Of a stretch of 64,000 nucleotides of DNA, positions 1 through 12,032 are shown in pieces; the stretch's first letter is position 1, and each line of letters begins with the position of its first letter. The notes beneath the pieces are model-generated. The model had not been told where the DNA came from and searched no databases. It was given only the letters and a program-made list of their open reading frames with translations. Position numbers and translations under genes: made by a program. This stretch comes from Cyanophora paradoxa CCMP329. Taxonomy: Eukaryota; Plantae; Glaucophyta. The stretch spans positions 1-64,000 of the forward strand of contig QPMI01000565.1 of assembly GCA_004431415.1 (NCBI GenBank), read 5' to 3'.

Positions 1-497
1 ATCTCAGGTGCATTAATTCTTGTAGTAGCTGTGATAGTTCCATACTGAATACTTCCTGAAAGACCACCATTAAAGGTCATCAATCCTGCAAATCTTGTCC
101 CACTCACATTCAATTGATTTGCTGTCAGAGTCTGCACATTTGCTCCATCACCAATGTATGCTCCTCCACTTTTACTACAGAGCAGAAGTATTACTTGTGT
201 TATCAAAAGTAACTATCTTTGCTGTGGTGAATCCACCCACATTATCATATATTGCTGAATCGGGGACTATTGACCCGCTTGAACTTGATTTTGTTCGAGA
301 TAATAATGCCTGTGGTTCTTATCTTACCATTATTGCGATCACATCGATTTCTTACTCTCAGTATATTCTTCTGTAAAGAGGTATTACTTGTGTTTCAGTG
401 CAAATAAAACCGGGTGTAGAGTCACTACTTCATGTGAGGTGCTATGGAGTGATTTGGCTGCAAGTTCATAGTTTGGGATTTCTAATAGAGAGGTCAT
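1..497 (-). CDS. Fibre protein of the ELRCD-anchor family (partial, frameshifted)
   Basis: Starts MTSLLEIPNYELAAKSLHSTSHEVV, the same N-terminus as 47884..48951; runs off the window edge. Confidence 0.75.
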
Positions 498-516
498 CTT
501 TGTAATAACGAAATAG

Positions 517-3500
517 TTAAATTGCGACAGCAGTGTAATGAATTGTAACTGGAAATCCTGGTCTGTCAAAAGAACTTAATGGAACTTTCAAGCTCACAAG
601 TGAAATAGCTACTGTAAACTTGTTTAAGCCTAACATACATGCGATAGTAGTAGGCTGTCTCATTGTGTTGTATACCGGTTGTTACATAGGAGGGTTAGCA
701 AAGCTGCTGTTGAAATTAATAGTGAGGTTAAACCTATGGTCAGGAGTTGCCCAAAGATAAGGAGTAGTGTAAACATACGTTCCTGCTTGAAGTTTCCCAT
801 GAAATATGCATTGAGTTGACTGGAAGATCTGCTTCAGTTAAACATCTACTTATAGAAGCTTATTGGAAGGGTTCATAGCGTAAAATTTCTTGCATAGGCA
901 TTTCCACGAACAAGTAAGGTCTTATCAAAGTAATTTTGCGAATTGTGAAAGAACCATGTTTCTTCAAACATAGGTCTGCTGGTTCTACTATCTGACCTGA
1001 TCCTACATACATTGTGTTATTCGCTCTGATGGTGGTAGCTGTGAATGGATCAAGAGTTGGTCTATTGGTCAAATCATTGTAGTTGCCCGAAAAAATCGCT
1101 GGTTGTTATAAATATCTGTATTCCAATCATGAGTGTGTGCAAATCTGTTATCTCTGCCTTTGTGTGATTGTGGGCAAAATCTGTAATCTCTGCCTTTGTA
1201 TGGGTGTGACCAACATATGCAACATTTCCGAGATCTGTTATCTCTGATTTAACATGAGTGTGAGCGAAATTCGTAATATCTGCTCGGCTGTGGGTATGTG
1301 CAAAATCTGTTATTTGGGATCTGGTGTGAGTATGTGCGAAATCTGTGATTTCTGCCTTTGTATGGGTGTGTGATCTATTATTAAGATCGAGGAAGCTACC
1401 CGAAAATGCAACAGGGTGTAGATTTGCTGCGGTCGGTTTGTTTATGAGATCATTATAATCTCCTGTGAATGAAATAGTTTTTAGTTCACCCCTTCCCACA
1501 TAATCAGAAGGGAGATCAATCTTAATGGGCATAATAGCTGGATCATCAGGTATCTCATACTCACCTCCTGGATGAACCACAGGAAAGGTTTGATTGCTTT
1601 CAGTATGGACAAAGAAGTTACATGCTGTTACTGTTCCATCAATAGTCCCACCTGTGAGAGGGAGGTAATTGCCTGTAACACCAATACCTATACCTGCAAT
1701 GATTACATTCAGCTCTGTTTCATCTATGTAGTTTTGGGCTTGAAGGTAATCTCTGTGACTACTCTCGAAATGCTCTCATTGTGTATGTTTTTTGCAGCCA
1801 TTCTTTGATTGGCTTCCAGAACCCCACCATAATCTGTTTTAATCCATGCAAGCTCTGCCCTTCCATAATTATCATTTGCAGTTCCCACTATGGGAATGTA
1901 GGAATACTTATCTCGACTGAAAACTATCATTGGTCTTGAGCCATCTAAGCTGCTTACATCTGCTACATGAACCTGTATAGCAGAGTTGTAATTTTGGTAG
2001 GTTGCTGGGTCTGTTGGGACTCTGAATGTATCTGTGGGAATGTCAGCCTCCATGTAGCTTGACACAAAGATATTTGGTATGGTTGCTCCTGGTGGTGGTG
2101 GGGTTTCGAAAGAGCCTGGTAATGTCCTAATATGAAGTGGTCCTCTCATAGCTGAATTTGCAAGTGTCCCATTCACATGTACATAGTGTTCATTCAAAAA
2201 GATTCTTTCAGGGATATTACAAGTCTGGTAAAGAGAAACCCCCAAGTTATCAAGAGGCTCTACCTTTGCGAATTCTGGTTGGTCATTGATCTCATCCCAA
2301 GTGTGTTCATGTTTGCTTGGTGGGAACTCAGTAGGTATCCCATCAATATCACCCCAATCATGCCTGTGATCTTCTGGTGGATACTTTTGAGGTTTGCCTA
2401 AGATCTCATCCCAATCATGATTGTGATCCTCTGGGGGATACTTTGCAGGTTTATTATTTATTTGTTCATAATCAGGAAAGAACTCCCAGATCTCAGGTCG
2501 AAATCCATCTGGTAACAATTCCTCATGGGGTTCATAAGGTTGCTCATAATCAACAGCTGGTGGATCATGCCCATCTGGCAAATACTCCTCATCAGGTTCA
2601 TAGTTCTGCTCATACTCAAACTCTTGTGGATCTAAGCCATCTGGTAATATTTCCTCCTCATTGGGGTCATATTGATCATACTCATACTCTTGTGGGTCAA
2701 AACCATCTGGTAAATACTCCTCCTCATCTGGAACGAATTGATATTCATCAAGCTCTAATATATCGATTTCAGGAGGTAAATACTGCTCATCTATTTGCTT
2801 TTTGGTTCAATTATAGGTTTATTGCGAACTTGCTCCCAACTAACAATGTGCTGCCAAAGGCTACATCCTCAGTGGCTGTGTATTCTCTTCCAGGCTGCTT
2901 CTTTGGTGTTAAATCGGGTGGTCCATTGGGAAATGGAATAGGGAATGGGACAGTAGGTCCATTGGGACCATAATGCTCAATGATTTCTCTTAGGGTTTTC
3001 TCACTAACAAGTTTCTCCCCATTTGCATACACATTGCTGCCATGGATATTTCGCCATTGCCTGGTTCGAATTCCAAGGTCTTTCACATTGCTATACAAAG
3101 GCAAAAGGTGCCTATCCATTTCGACTAAATCAGGGTGTAAATGGATTGCTACTGGTTGACTGGGGCTACTGTTGATTGTAATTGATGGCTTTTTTTGATG
3201 GACATCTTTTGGAGTAAAAAACCCAAAAGGCTCATTCCTCGCAAAGTCATATGTAATATCCTTGGGTATACATCATTTGTGTAGGAGACCTGATTTGTGT
3301 TGGCAATGGGACCCACTTGCAATACTTGGGGGACCTCAGCTTTTGCAGTGCTGCCCTCATTGTAAATTCGCAAAGCTGTGTTCTGTTTGCCCTGCTCATC
3401 TTGAACATTGAAAATCAATCGACCACTATCGAACCTGGAAGGTATATCTGGGTGAGTGCCACTGGTTTTTAGTTTCCTAGGTCTCCTTCTTGTTGCTTTG

Positions 3501-3745
3501 ATCTCTGCCACTTGGTTTGCTTTCACATTACCCAAACTAAAGGCTACACTGACATCCTCTTTATCTGGATCGGTTTGATTCACAGATAAAGCATGCTCCC
3601 TTGATTGAGTCTTTGATGAATTATCAGAGCTGTGGTCAATTGAAACTGAACCCTTTACTTTAATATTATCAAAGTTCACATGCTTGGTGCTGCTTGCATT
3701 ATCATCTTGAATGGTTTCTAGATTTGGTGGGTAATTGAAGCTCAT
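517..3745 (-). CDS. Long fibre/spike protein with phage-tail-like repeats (several frameshifts)
   Basis: Fragments 3149..3745, 2811..3119, 1724..2581, 1074..1580 and 860..1072 are collinear with the intact 1095-aa ORF 44571..47858; HTHTKAEITD and KPxKYPPEDHxHDW repeats. Confidence 0.8.
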
Positions 3746-3788
3746 GGCTTTTACTATATGGATTTATAAAATTCCTGATAAGTAAAAG

Positions 3789-5333
3789 ATGCCTCTCAAG
3801 GTCGTTTTAAGTCTTTCTGGCGGGGGTGCAAGGGGCATTATCATAACCAGGCTGCTCAAAGAAATCGAAAATCGAACTGGCAGGAGAATAATCGATCTTG
3901 TGGATCTTGTGAGTGGAACTTCCACTGGTGGGATCATTGCAATAGGTTTGAATATAAGGCATCCTGATAAACCAGGTGAACCTAAACTCACAGCAAACGA
4001 TTTACACAATATTTACCTAACTCAACTGCCCTTGATTTTCGCAAATCCTCGAAATATAATCGAAAATGCCCTTTTTAATACAAAGTATGATGTCGGACCT
4101 TGAGACTGCAATTAATTCAGTTACTGTGAATCACTAATACAGGATTCCCTAAAGGACATTGTGATCACATCATTTGACACTCAGAATATGAAACCAATAT
4201 TTATTACAAATGATAACAATTACAACTTTATGCCTTGTAAGATTGCTGCTAGGGCTACTTCTGCTGCTCCTACATATTTCTCTCCTGTAAGCATTGTTGA
4301 TTTCAATCGGGGAGTATATGTCTGTCTAATTGATGGTGCCATTTCGGGAAACAATAATCCAGTGTGTGTGGTTACAGCCATGCAAAGAAGATTTACAGTG
4401 ATGATGATGATATTATAGTAATAAGTATCTCTTGTGGTGAGGTGGACCCACATTTAGAGTCTGATTATGTGGGTTATGCTTATGAGACTGTAAACAGCTG
4501 GGCATTCTCTCATGGATTGCCTCAACAGATGGAAGCCCATTGATTAACATGCTCATGGCTGCAAGTGAGCTTTCTGCCCTTGATAAGATGGAGGAGTTGT
4601 TACCCTACAACTATGATCAGGATTATGGAGATACTATAGGCTATCAGTCCCACTTCCAAATCACATAGTAAGCTCCCTTGATGACACTTCTAAGATCCCA
4701 GATATGCTAGCATTCACTGAAACATACATAGCAGCAAACAATGATATGATAAATAAGCTTTGCAGCCTTCTAGTAGCAAACTATGAACTAAAGAACCCTT
4801 CAAAGGCTTACATTTCATCCACTCTCACTACATCACCTCCTTTGGATGCCAATTGGTATCAGCTTGCAGATGATGCCTTTACTGCCTCATCCTCTGTGAC
4901 AGGTAAAGAGCCTTTCATGGCAAGACCTTCAGCATTTGGCTGGGAAGCTGGAGCCTATGCTCCTGAACAGATATGGGAAACCCCACTGAATACCTACAAG
5001 TTGCTTTTCCATATACTTTTGAACTCTCTTCTGTGATTGCCTATGGATCAGGGGAACAAATGCTTTTATTAAGACTTTCAATGTGGCAACATCCACTGAT
5101 GGGATCAACTGGTCTTTATTCGATCAGATGGCAAAACAAAATATATGTCTGTGAGAACATTAACAATGCTCACAACTCTGGTGATGTGGCTCTATTGAGT
5201 GGATTTCCTCTAAGCATCAAGGATGCTTTTTACATAGGTTTCTCTCTCAGAATCAAATATATTCGCATTTATCCCTTGTGTATGTGAATGCTCCACAATG
5301 AGAGTTGATTTCACAGGTGCCTTTATTCGATAA
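3789..5333 (+). CDS. Patatin-like phospholipase with C-terminal discoidin (F5/8C)-like domain (frameshifted)
   Basis: GGGARG, GTSTG and DGA motifs; collinear with intact 42971..44527. Confidence 0.85.
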
Positions 5334-6249
5334 ACTCAACTGAAACGAATTATCGATTCCATTCATATCAATCAGTTCACCAAAGTAATCTTTAAACTCC
5401 ACAGTGAGTTCCCTTATCACCAGGTTTCTGTCATTGATTTGAATAAATTCTGCATGTTCACCACTATGGTAAACATAGCCACCTATATCTTTACTCAATT
5501 GCAATCTAAGGATAGCCCCTGGTTGTGTGGTTGCGATTTCGGAATTATATTGTGTCTGCTGGCAAAGGGGGCTAGCTCTTTAATATGCATGTACAGATAC
5601 TGCTCAGCATTCATATCAGACATCTTATTACTGGTGAAATAATACTGCAAGGGCTTGAGGAGAGTCTGGGTCCTGAGAAGGTGATTCCCATGCTGGGTGA
5701 TCAGGTGTAATAGGTTTGCCATCATACTTTAAAAGGTTCTCAGGTCGATATGGAGATCCACCAACAGGAGGAGTGCTATAATACCCATTAGTGTATTCAG
5801 TAGAACTTACACCCAAAAGCTTTCCTATTCTCTGGTTGCTTGCAATAAAACGAAACTCATGGTTACTGTAAAACTCCACTTTATAGGTTGTTGGGTTGTA
5901 GAATATCTTGAACTCAAAAGCTACTGTTTTGCCTGCAATAGTTTGGAAGCTTGAATAGTTCAGCCCATAATTATAAGGTGTGTGACCCCAAAATGACCCT
6001 GATTGATGTAGCCACTGGGAAGGGGATACACTTGTTGTGTGATCACTTGGTTATATGAACCATCTTGGTAATTAAACTGAACTGTTAGATGATCAGTTCC
6101 CACACTGTTATAGATACTGTTTGGAATCTCTGCATAGAGAACCCTACATTCCTTGGTCTCTCTACTGGAGTTGTGAGGGTGACCCTGTAAGAGTTTTCAT
6201 TTTGTCCTTGGCTTCTATCCCTGCTATCAATATTAACGAGCCGGTTCAT
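5323..6249 (-). CDS. Penton/minor capsid-like protein 1 (frameshifted)
   Basis: Collinear with intact 42049..42981; N-terminal IDSRDR and C-terminal LTVEFKDYFGELIDMNGIDNSF. Confidence 0.7.
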
Positions 6250-6278
6250 TTTAATATATAAATATAGATAAAAGAAGA

Positions 6279-7284
6279 ATGCCTGTGGATTACATCGAGG
6301 TTAGCTCATTTAATACAATCTCTGGTGATGGTCCACATCAAGCTTTGTGGCTAGACTCCCCAGTAGTTATGAGAATGTGAGGGCTGTGAGACTGGTCTCA
6401 GCCGAATTTATAACAGTATCCCTATGGTGAGTGGTGAAACCAAAGCAGGAGATGTGACAGTTGACAATGCATTTAGCATTTATTATTCTGAACAAACTCC
6501 TGGAGCTGGAAGCTCAGGAATTCCAACAGTTCGCCCAGCTGCTGACTATGAACAATGGAAACAATTCATTATAAGTCGAAACACCCCCATCCAAAGCACC
6601 AGCAACTGGTGAATGTAATTAACTCTAAATTCGAAGGCAGAAATCCCAACCATCCATTCGCTGCAAATGGGATGAATCACTGAAACGAATTATATTCCAC
6701 TCAGCAGTACCATTTTACTTGGCTTTCTCAGTAGCTGTGAACCCAAGCCAACAAACAATCCAAAAGCTGTTGAGTTCAGCTAGACTGCTGGGTCTTGATC
6801 CTGGAAGATATGGTAACTCCCCAATCCAATCACAGGTCTATGATGCTCTCACTGATGGAATCTTTACTGGTGGTCGCGTGAATGGCATTATATCTTCTTT
6901 TGAGCCTGAGAAGACCAGGGACAGTGTTTTGTTTGTGAGAGTAAAGGAGCTGGGTGATCTGGTGCAATGTGGGGATGGTCTTCTGACTGGTTACTTTCAC
7001 AAAATAGTGGTCCCTGATAAAGACTATGGTGAGCATGTTGTTTACAATTCAACAGAAGCTCACCCACTTTACAAATACTATAATAAAAAGGTTGGATTAT
7101 CCACTTTCTCGGTTGATATTGTAAATGCTATTAATGAACCAATTGATTTTGAGGGTCAACCTGTTCATCTTACCTTTGAAATTCGCTATGGTGATGAGCC
7201 AGCTGGGACCCAGTTTATGAATACTTCAAGATGCGAATGTCACAGCTTCACCCTTCCTATCCAGTTATTACAAACTTCGCATAA
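6279..7284 (+). CDS. Penton/minor capsid-like protein 2 (frameshifted)
   Basis: Homologue of 41010..42019; C-terminal FSVDIVNAINEPIDFEGQPVHLTFEI resembles penton ends; lies directly upstream of the MCP. Confidence 0.65.
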
Positions 7285-7337
7285 ATTAAGGATCATTGGT
7301 AGATTTTTTATGTTGCAGTATAATAAAAGAGAATATA

Positions 7338-8702
7338 ATGGATATCACTTCCACTCTTCAAAGACTTTCGCTGAAAGAAGCCCTAACAACCCCAGAGGAG
7401 GCGAAAGCCTTTTTCCTGGATAACTCCCTTATGCTTGGTCTCGAATCCAAGTCTAAGCCAGTTCTAGTTGTTGTGAATCCCAGCAATACTTTTGAGAATA
7501 ATGTTGGAAATCGCATTTCCTTCAAGCTACCTCGCTACAATTTCTGTGGAAAACTCGAACTTGCTTTCGACCTTCCAGCCATCACTTTTGCTGGTGAAGA
7601 TCTAGTTCGCAATGGATACACTCGCCCAGTTGGTGCTTTAGTTCAGCGACTTGAAATTACCTATGGATCTTACACCTACCACATCCCTTCTGATTTCCTT
7701 GCTCATTTCCCCTGGTCTATTATTCGGAGGATCAACTAGCTAAAAAGAAACGCTCAATGGGCATGGTTCATGGTATCCCTGCTCATGGAACCAACCGACT
7801 TGGTGGCTCATTTTTCGTTGAGATCCAGTGCCTTGGCTAAATCACTATCTTCCCTTGGTGCTTTATCTGGTGAAATGGTTGTTACTGTTTGGTTTAAGGA
7901 TGCTGGAAAGGGTTATGTTGAAACTTCCTATGGTGGTCGCTCTCTCCCTGTTGTTGGTGGGACAGCTGCTGATAAGACAGAAGATGATGGTCTTGGTGAT
8001 ACTGCTAATGCTACACTTGCCCATGTTGGTCAAAACATCACCACTTTCAGTCTTGGTGCAACAACCCCTGCTATTTCAATTACTTCTCCTCGCCTTTACA
8101 TGCATGCTATTAATGTTTCTGATGAGCTTTTCGCTACTGTAATTGAAAAAGTAAAGACTACTGGCATGGCTATTCCCTCCCTTGATATTGGATTTGTAGA
8201 TGCCATTGCTTTCCCTGCCAAGGGCAATGCCCAGCCCAATCGAATTAACCTCTCTCAAATCTCAGGTCTTGTCTATGCTCTGCTTGTTTCAGTTCGTGAT
8301 TATGAGACTGTTGACAAATCAAATGGCTCCCACAGTGTTCTTAAGACCTATGCCAACTCCAAAGAGATAACATTCACTGTGGAAATAAATGGTCAGCGAC
8401 TTTTTGCCACTGAGCCAATTTCCCTACTCAAAGGTGCTGAGCTAATTGCTGATGCATTCAAATGCTCTAACATGGACAAGGTCGCAGATAAATATGTCCT
8501 TTCGGGTATGAGTTTCTGCCTTAATGGAGAAAATGCGATTCGAAATATCGCTCAAAGTGGCTTTGTCGACCTGACAAATTCCTCATCTTCATTCCTCACA
8601 CTCTACATGCCCACAGATAAGACAATCAATGTTCAAGTTCGCGCTCTCATGCATAGCTATATTATTGTCGACAAAGATGGTTTACGCAGAATTAATTTAT
8701 AG
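7338..8702 (+). CDS. Putative double jelly-roll major capsid protein (frameshifted)
   Basis: About 450 aa reconstructed; beta-rich, with N-terminal ISFKLP..LELAFDL..LVQRLEITYG pattern; positioned between pentons and packaging ATPase. Confidence 0.7.
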
Positions 8703-8803
8703 ATTGTTACGATATATCGTAAGGCATTTAAGGAAAAATTGATTACTTTTTTATCATCGAAAACTATTTAAAGGTTTGCTTTGCATAGATTGTAAGAAAG
8801 CCA

Positions 8804-9745
8804 ATGAAGCTAAATTCGCTCGAGACCTTTATTCAAAAAAGTGTAAGCATTCATGGAGAGAAATTTGGATATGATCGAGCTACTTATAATGGGGTCAAAT
8901 CGAAAATTACACTTCTATGCAAGTCATGTGACGAATATTTCGAGGTCATTTCTGGAAATCATCTGAATCCAAAAAGCCATGGTGGATGCAAACAATGCAA
9001 AAGAAAATTCTATCAAGCTTGTTTCCAAAAAAAAGCAAACATATTTATTGAAGAAGCAAAGGCAAAGCATGGGGACAAGTATGATTACACAAAGGTAGAA
9101 TATTTGAATGCTCGAACAAAAATTCAAATAAAGTGTAATACCTGTGGTATTGAGTTTTTGCAGGTGCCTGATTCGCATTTGAGAGGTCTAGGCTGTGAAA
9201 AATGTTCTTATAGAAAACGTGGCGAATTAAGGAAAAGGACAATTACACAATTTATTCAAAGAAGTCGGACTGTGCATGGTGACAAATATGAGTATTCTAA
9301 AGCGAATTACACAAACAAATTTGGTAAAGTATTGCTGGGTTGCAAAACATGCGGAAAGGATTTTGAGCAGGAGGCAAATTCTCATCTTCAAGGATCTGGA
9401 TGTCCAAACTGCAAAATGTCAAAAGGGGAGAGCAAAATCGGAATTGTGTTAGACCTAATTGGGATTGAGTTCAAAACCCAAATGAAGTTTCATGGTTGCA
9501 AACATATAAAAGAGCTTCGATTTGATTTCTTCGTTCCATCTCTCAAAATCGCTATCGAATATGATGGCATTCAACATTTCAAGCCTGTGGAACAGTTTGG
9601 AGGTCAGAAGGCATTTGAAGATACCCAAGTTCGTGATGGAATTAAAAATCGCTACTGTGAAGCTAACAACATTAAACTGCTGAGAATCCCATACACCGAA
9701 ACTGATATTGAGGGCTGCATTAAACATTTTCTATCTAACCTTTAA
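8804..9745 (+). CDS. Free-standing endonuclease: three Cys-rich DUF723-like repeats plus Vsr/PD-(D/E)xK-type nuclease domain
   Basis: Repeated HGxK(Y/F)xY..CxxC..HL..GCxxC units; C-terminal RFDFF..IEYDGIQH..RDxxK..LLRIPY. Confidence 0.8.
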   Translation: MKLNSLETFIQKSVSIHGEKFGYDRATYNGVKSKITLLCKSCDEYFEVISGNHLNPKSHGGCKQCKRKFYQACFQKKANIFIEEAKAKHGDKYDYTKVEYLNARTKIQIKCNTCGIEFLQVPDSHLRGLGCEKCSYRKRGELRKRTITQFIQRSRTVHGDKYEYSKANYTNKFGKVLLGCKTCGKDFEQEANSHLQGSGCPNCKMSKGESKIGIVLDLIGIEFKTQMKFHGCKHIKELRFDFFVPSLKIAIEYDGIQHFKPVEQFGGQKAFEDTQVRDGIKNRYCEANNIKLLRIPYTETDIEGCIKHFLSNL

Positions 9746-9811
9746 ACTATAAACCATAATCAGTAACATTTCATTATTTTTATCTGTCTTTATTTAGGAA
9801 GATCTACAACA

Positions 9812-10594
9812 ATGCAAGATTTAGAAGAGTTTAATGTTTCTGAAATGATAAAAGGTGTTTTCAGAGCCATTTTTATAGGCAAAAGTTGTACGGGAAAAAG
9901 CGAATGTGTAAAGTATTGGTTAAAGCAATTACATGATGCCAAAGTTATTGATGTTGTCCTAGTTGTGAGTGGGACCAGCTTCAATCATTTCTGGAGAGAG
10001 GTTGCAACAGTAGAACTTGGTAAATGGGATGCCGGTTACATTTCAAAGCTTTTGGATGAAAGGCAGGAGAAAATCGAAAAGGGTGAACCTGTGAACCACA
10101 TGTGTGTTGTTTTAGATGATTTAATTGATAATGAGATAGTCGATCTCACAAGGGATAAAATAATCGGATCCTTGTATTCCAGAGGTCGCCATTCGAAAAT
10201 ATCCATTATCTGCATTACACAGAAACTCAGAAAAGTCTCTTCGACTATTCGAGTTAATTCTGATTATGCTGTTTTCCTGAGTGCTGCTAATCGCAAAGAA
10301 CTTGAAGCCATAGAGGAAGAATACAATATAATGCGAAACAAGGAGGACTTTTACAAAATGTTTGAAGAGTATGTCCACTCCTATCAGTATATCGTTTGGT
10401 CTTCTGCTGGCTACTCAGTTAAATACTTTGTAGATAAAGCGGACCTTGTGAAAGATTTCCCATTTCCTCGCTTCCACAGGAAGCCAAAAAAGAAAGAAGA
10501 TGAACTGAAACCACCAGAGAAAGAGGAAGCCCCCAAAGAAGTGAAAAGCCAAGTCCATAGCAATAAATTGATGCGATATAAACGCGGTTTATAA
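9812..10594 (+). CDS. A32/FtsK-like genome packaging ATPase
   Basis: Walker A GKSCTGKS, Walker B VVLDDL, and RGRHSKISIICITQ. Confidence 0.92.
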   Translation: MQDLEEFNVSEMIKGVFRAIFIGKSCTGKSECVKYWLKQLHDAKVIDVVLVVSGTSFNHFWREVATVELGKWDAGYISKLLDERQEKIEKGEPVNHMCVVLDDLIDNEIVDLTRDKIIGSLYSRGRHSKISIICITQKLRKVSSTIRVNSDYAVFLSAANRKELEAIEEEYNIMRNKEDFYKMFEEYVHSYQYIVWSSAGYSVKYFVDKADLVKDFPFPRFHRKPKKKEDELKPPEKEEAPKEVKSQVHSNKLMRYKRGL

Positions 10595-10622
10595 AATTAT
10601 CTCTCATTCTAATAAAGATACA

Positions 10623-11357
10623 ATGCCTCCCAAACGAAAAATAGGGATCCCAGCTGGGGCTGTTGGCTATTCAGGTGGTGGAAACAATGGATCCATTAAC
10701 ACAGATCCACTGAAATTCAATGGTATGAATGAGGTGAAGCCCTCACAACAAGAAGAAGACCCTCTTAATGCTGCCTATGAGGAATCAGTCGATGACAAAG
10801 CCCCACAGGCTTCAACCAGTGACCAACTCAACATCTCACCAGAAGCCTCAAAAATGAAAGCTGTTGCTGAGGGTGCCAGGCGAATTATTGGTGCTGCTGA
10901 TGATAAAGGTTTAGGCTTGCAAGATCTGTCATTGGCTCGCAAAGGTGAAGGTCTTAGTAAGGAATCAGACAAGGTTATTCAGTCTATGGCTGGTGAAGTC
11001 ACATACAAGACTGCGCCCACTCAAAATATTCATCGAATTCCCAAGGCTCAATGGGATGAGATGACTGCTAAACTCAAAGATCTGGAAGCCAAATCAAGTG
11101 CCTTGGAGCAGTATGTTACTGAGAAGAAAGAGAGAGCCAAGCTAAAGGAGATGCTTCGAAAGGAAGTTTATAAAATGGGTATTACTGGTGTCCCAGATAA
11201 ACAGTTTATTGCTAAGAAAGAGAACCAAATCGATGAGCAAGCAGTAGATGAAATGAAAACAAAGACCCAGAAGGGAACCATTGAACCTGGTGCCACCAAA
11301 GCTGAAGTCGAAAAGGGAGTAGCCCCAACAGTATATAAAAGACGAGTTTGGCTTTAA
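10623..11357 (+). CDS. Conserved hypothetical protein (possible core/virion protein)
   Basis: Intact 244 aa; almost identical to 37978..38712. Confidence 0.7.
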   Translation: MPPKRKIGIPAGAVGYSGGGNNGSINTDPLKFNGMNEVKPSQQEEDPLNAAYEESVDDKAPQASTSDQLNISPEASKMKAVAEGARRIIGAADDKGLGLQDLSLARKGEGLSKESDKVIQSMAGEVTYKTAPTQNIHRIPKAQWDEMTAKLKDLEAKSSALEQYVTEKKERAKLKEMLRKEVYKMGITGVPDKQFIAKKENQIDEQAVDEMKTKTQKGTIEPGATKAEVEKGVAPTVYKRRVWL

Positions 11358-11379
11358 TTTTCTCTGTTTTATTAGAGAC

Positions 11380-11652
11380 ATGGATATAATACGAAAGTTT
11401 ATTGAGATGCTCAGTCTGCATGTGGTGAGCAATTGCCACAGTGGATGCTGTGACACAACAATAGAGTTTGAGATGTCAGATACTGAGGATAATGCCTCAG
11501 AAGCAAGAGAGAGAAGGAGGTCTACGATTTCTGTGGAGTCAATGCCAGCAGACCCCACAGAGTATACATATGAGCAACAGGAGTATCCAAGGAGAAGTTC
11601 TTTACCTGGTGAAAACGTTTTCTCTGGGAATATAAATGGAGGACACTATTAG
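11380..11652 (+). CDS. Conserved hypothetical protein
   Basis: 90 aa, conserved in B (37683..37955). Confidence 0.6.
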   Translation: MDIIRKFIEMLSLHVVSNCHSGCCDTTIEFEMSDTEDNASEARERRRSTISVESMPADPTEYTYEQQEYPRRSSLPGENVFSGNINGGHY

Positions 11653-11983
11653 TTTGATCGAGTTTACCAGTGATGAGCCTTTAACTGAGGGTGCTATTAG
11701 ACACATTCTAGCAATGCAGAAACGATATAGAGAGGACCCAGCATATAGAGAGTATAAAAAGCAGCAAGCCTTGGCATCCTATTATCGCAGAAAAGCCCAA
11801 AAAGAGGAGCAGAGACCCAGAGGTAGACCAATTAAATATTATTTGCCTACTGAAAGTAGCAATGGACCCCAGGTCTATAAGATAATTGAGAAAAAGCGGT
11901 CTCAGTATGCCACTGAGGCAGCTATAAAACTTTACAGACAGGAACTGGTGTTGACCGCAAAAAATGACTTAAAGAAAAAGTAG
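11636..11983 (+). CDS. Small basic protein with AT-hook-like motif
   Basis: RPRGRP motif; YRExxxYREyKKxxAL similarity to 12033..12359; conserved in B. Confidence 0.6.
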   Translation: MEDTISLIEFTSDEPLTEGAIRHILAMQKRYREDPAYREYKKQQALASYYRRKAQKEEQRPRGRPIKYYLPTESSNGPQVYKIIEKKRSQYATEAAIKLYRQELVLTAKNDLKKK

Positions 11984-12032
11984 ATAGGTTGTATTGAGGA
12001 AAAATTATTTTCGTATCTACTATTAAAGAGAA

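Noticed and set aside
7700-7860. Programmed frameshifting in the MCP (same breaks at TTTCCCC and CTTCCCTT in A and B)
   Set aside because: Both are one-base shortfalls in C-runs, like many other indels in the window. Systematic long-read error is simpler; short-read polishing would decide.
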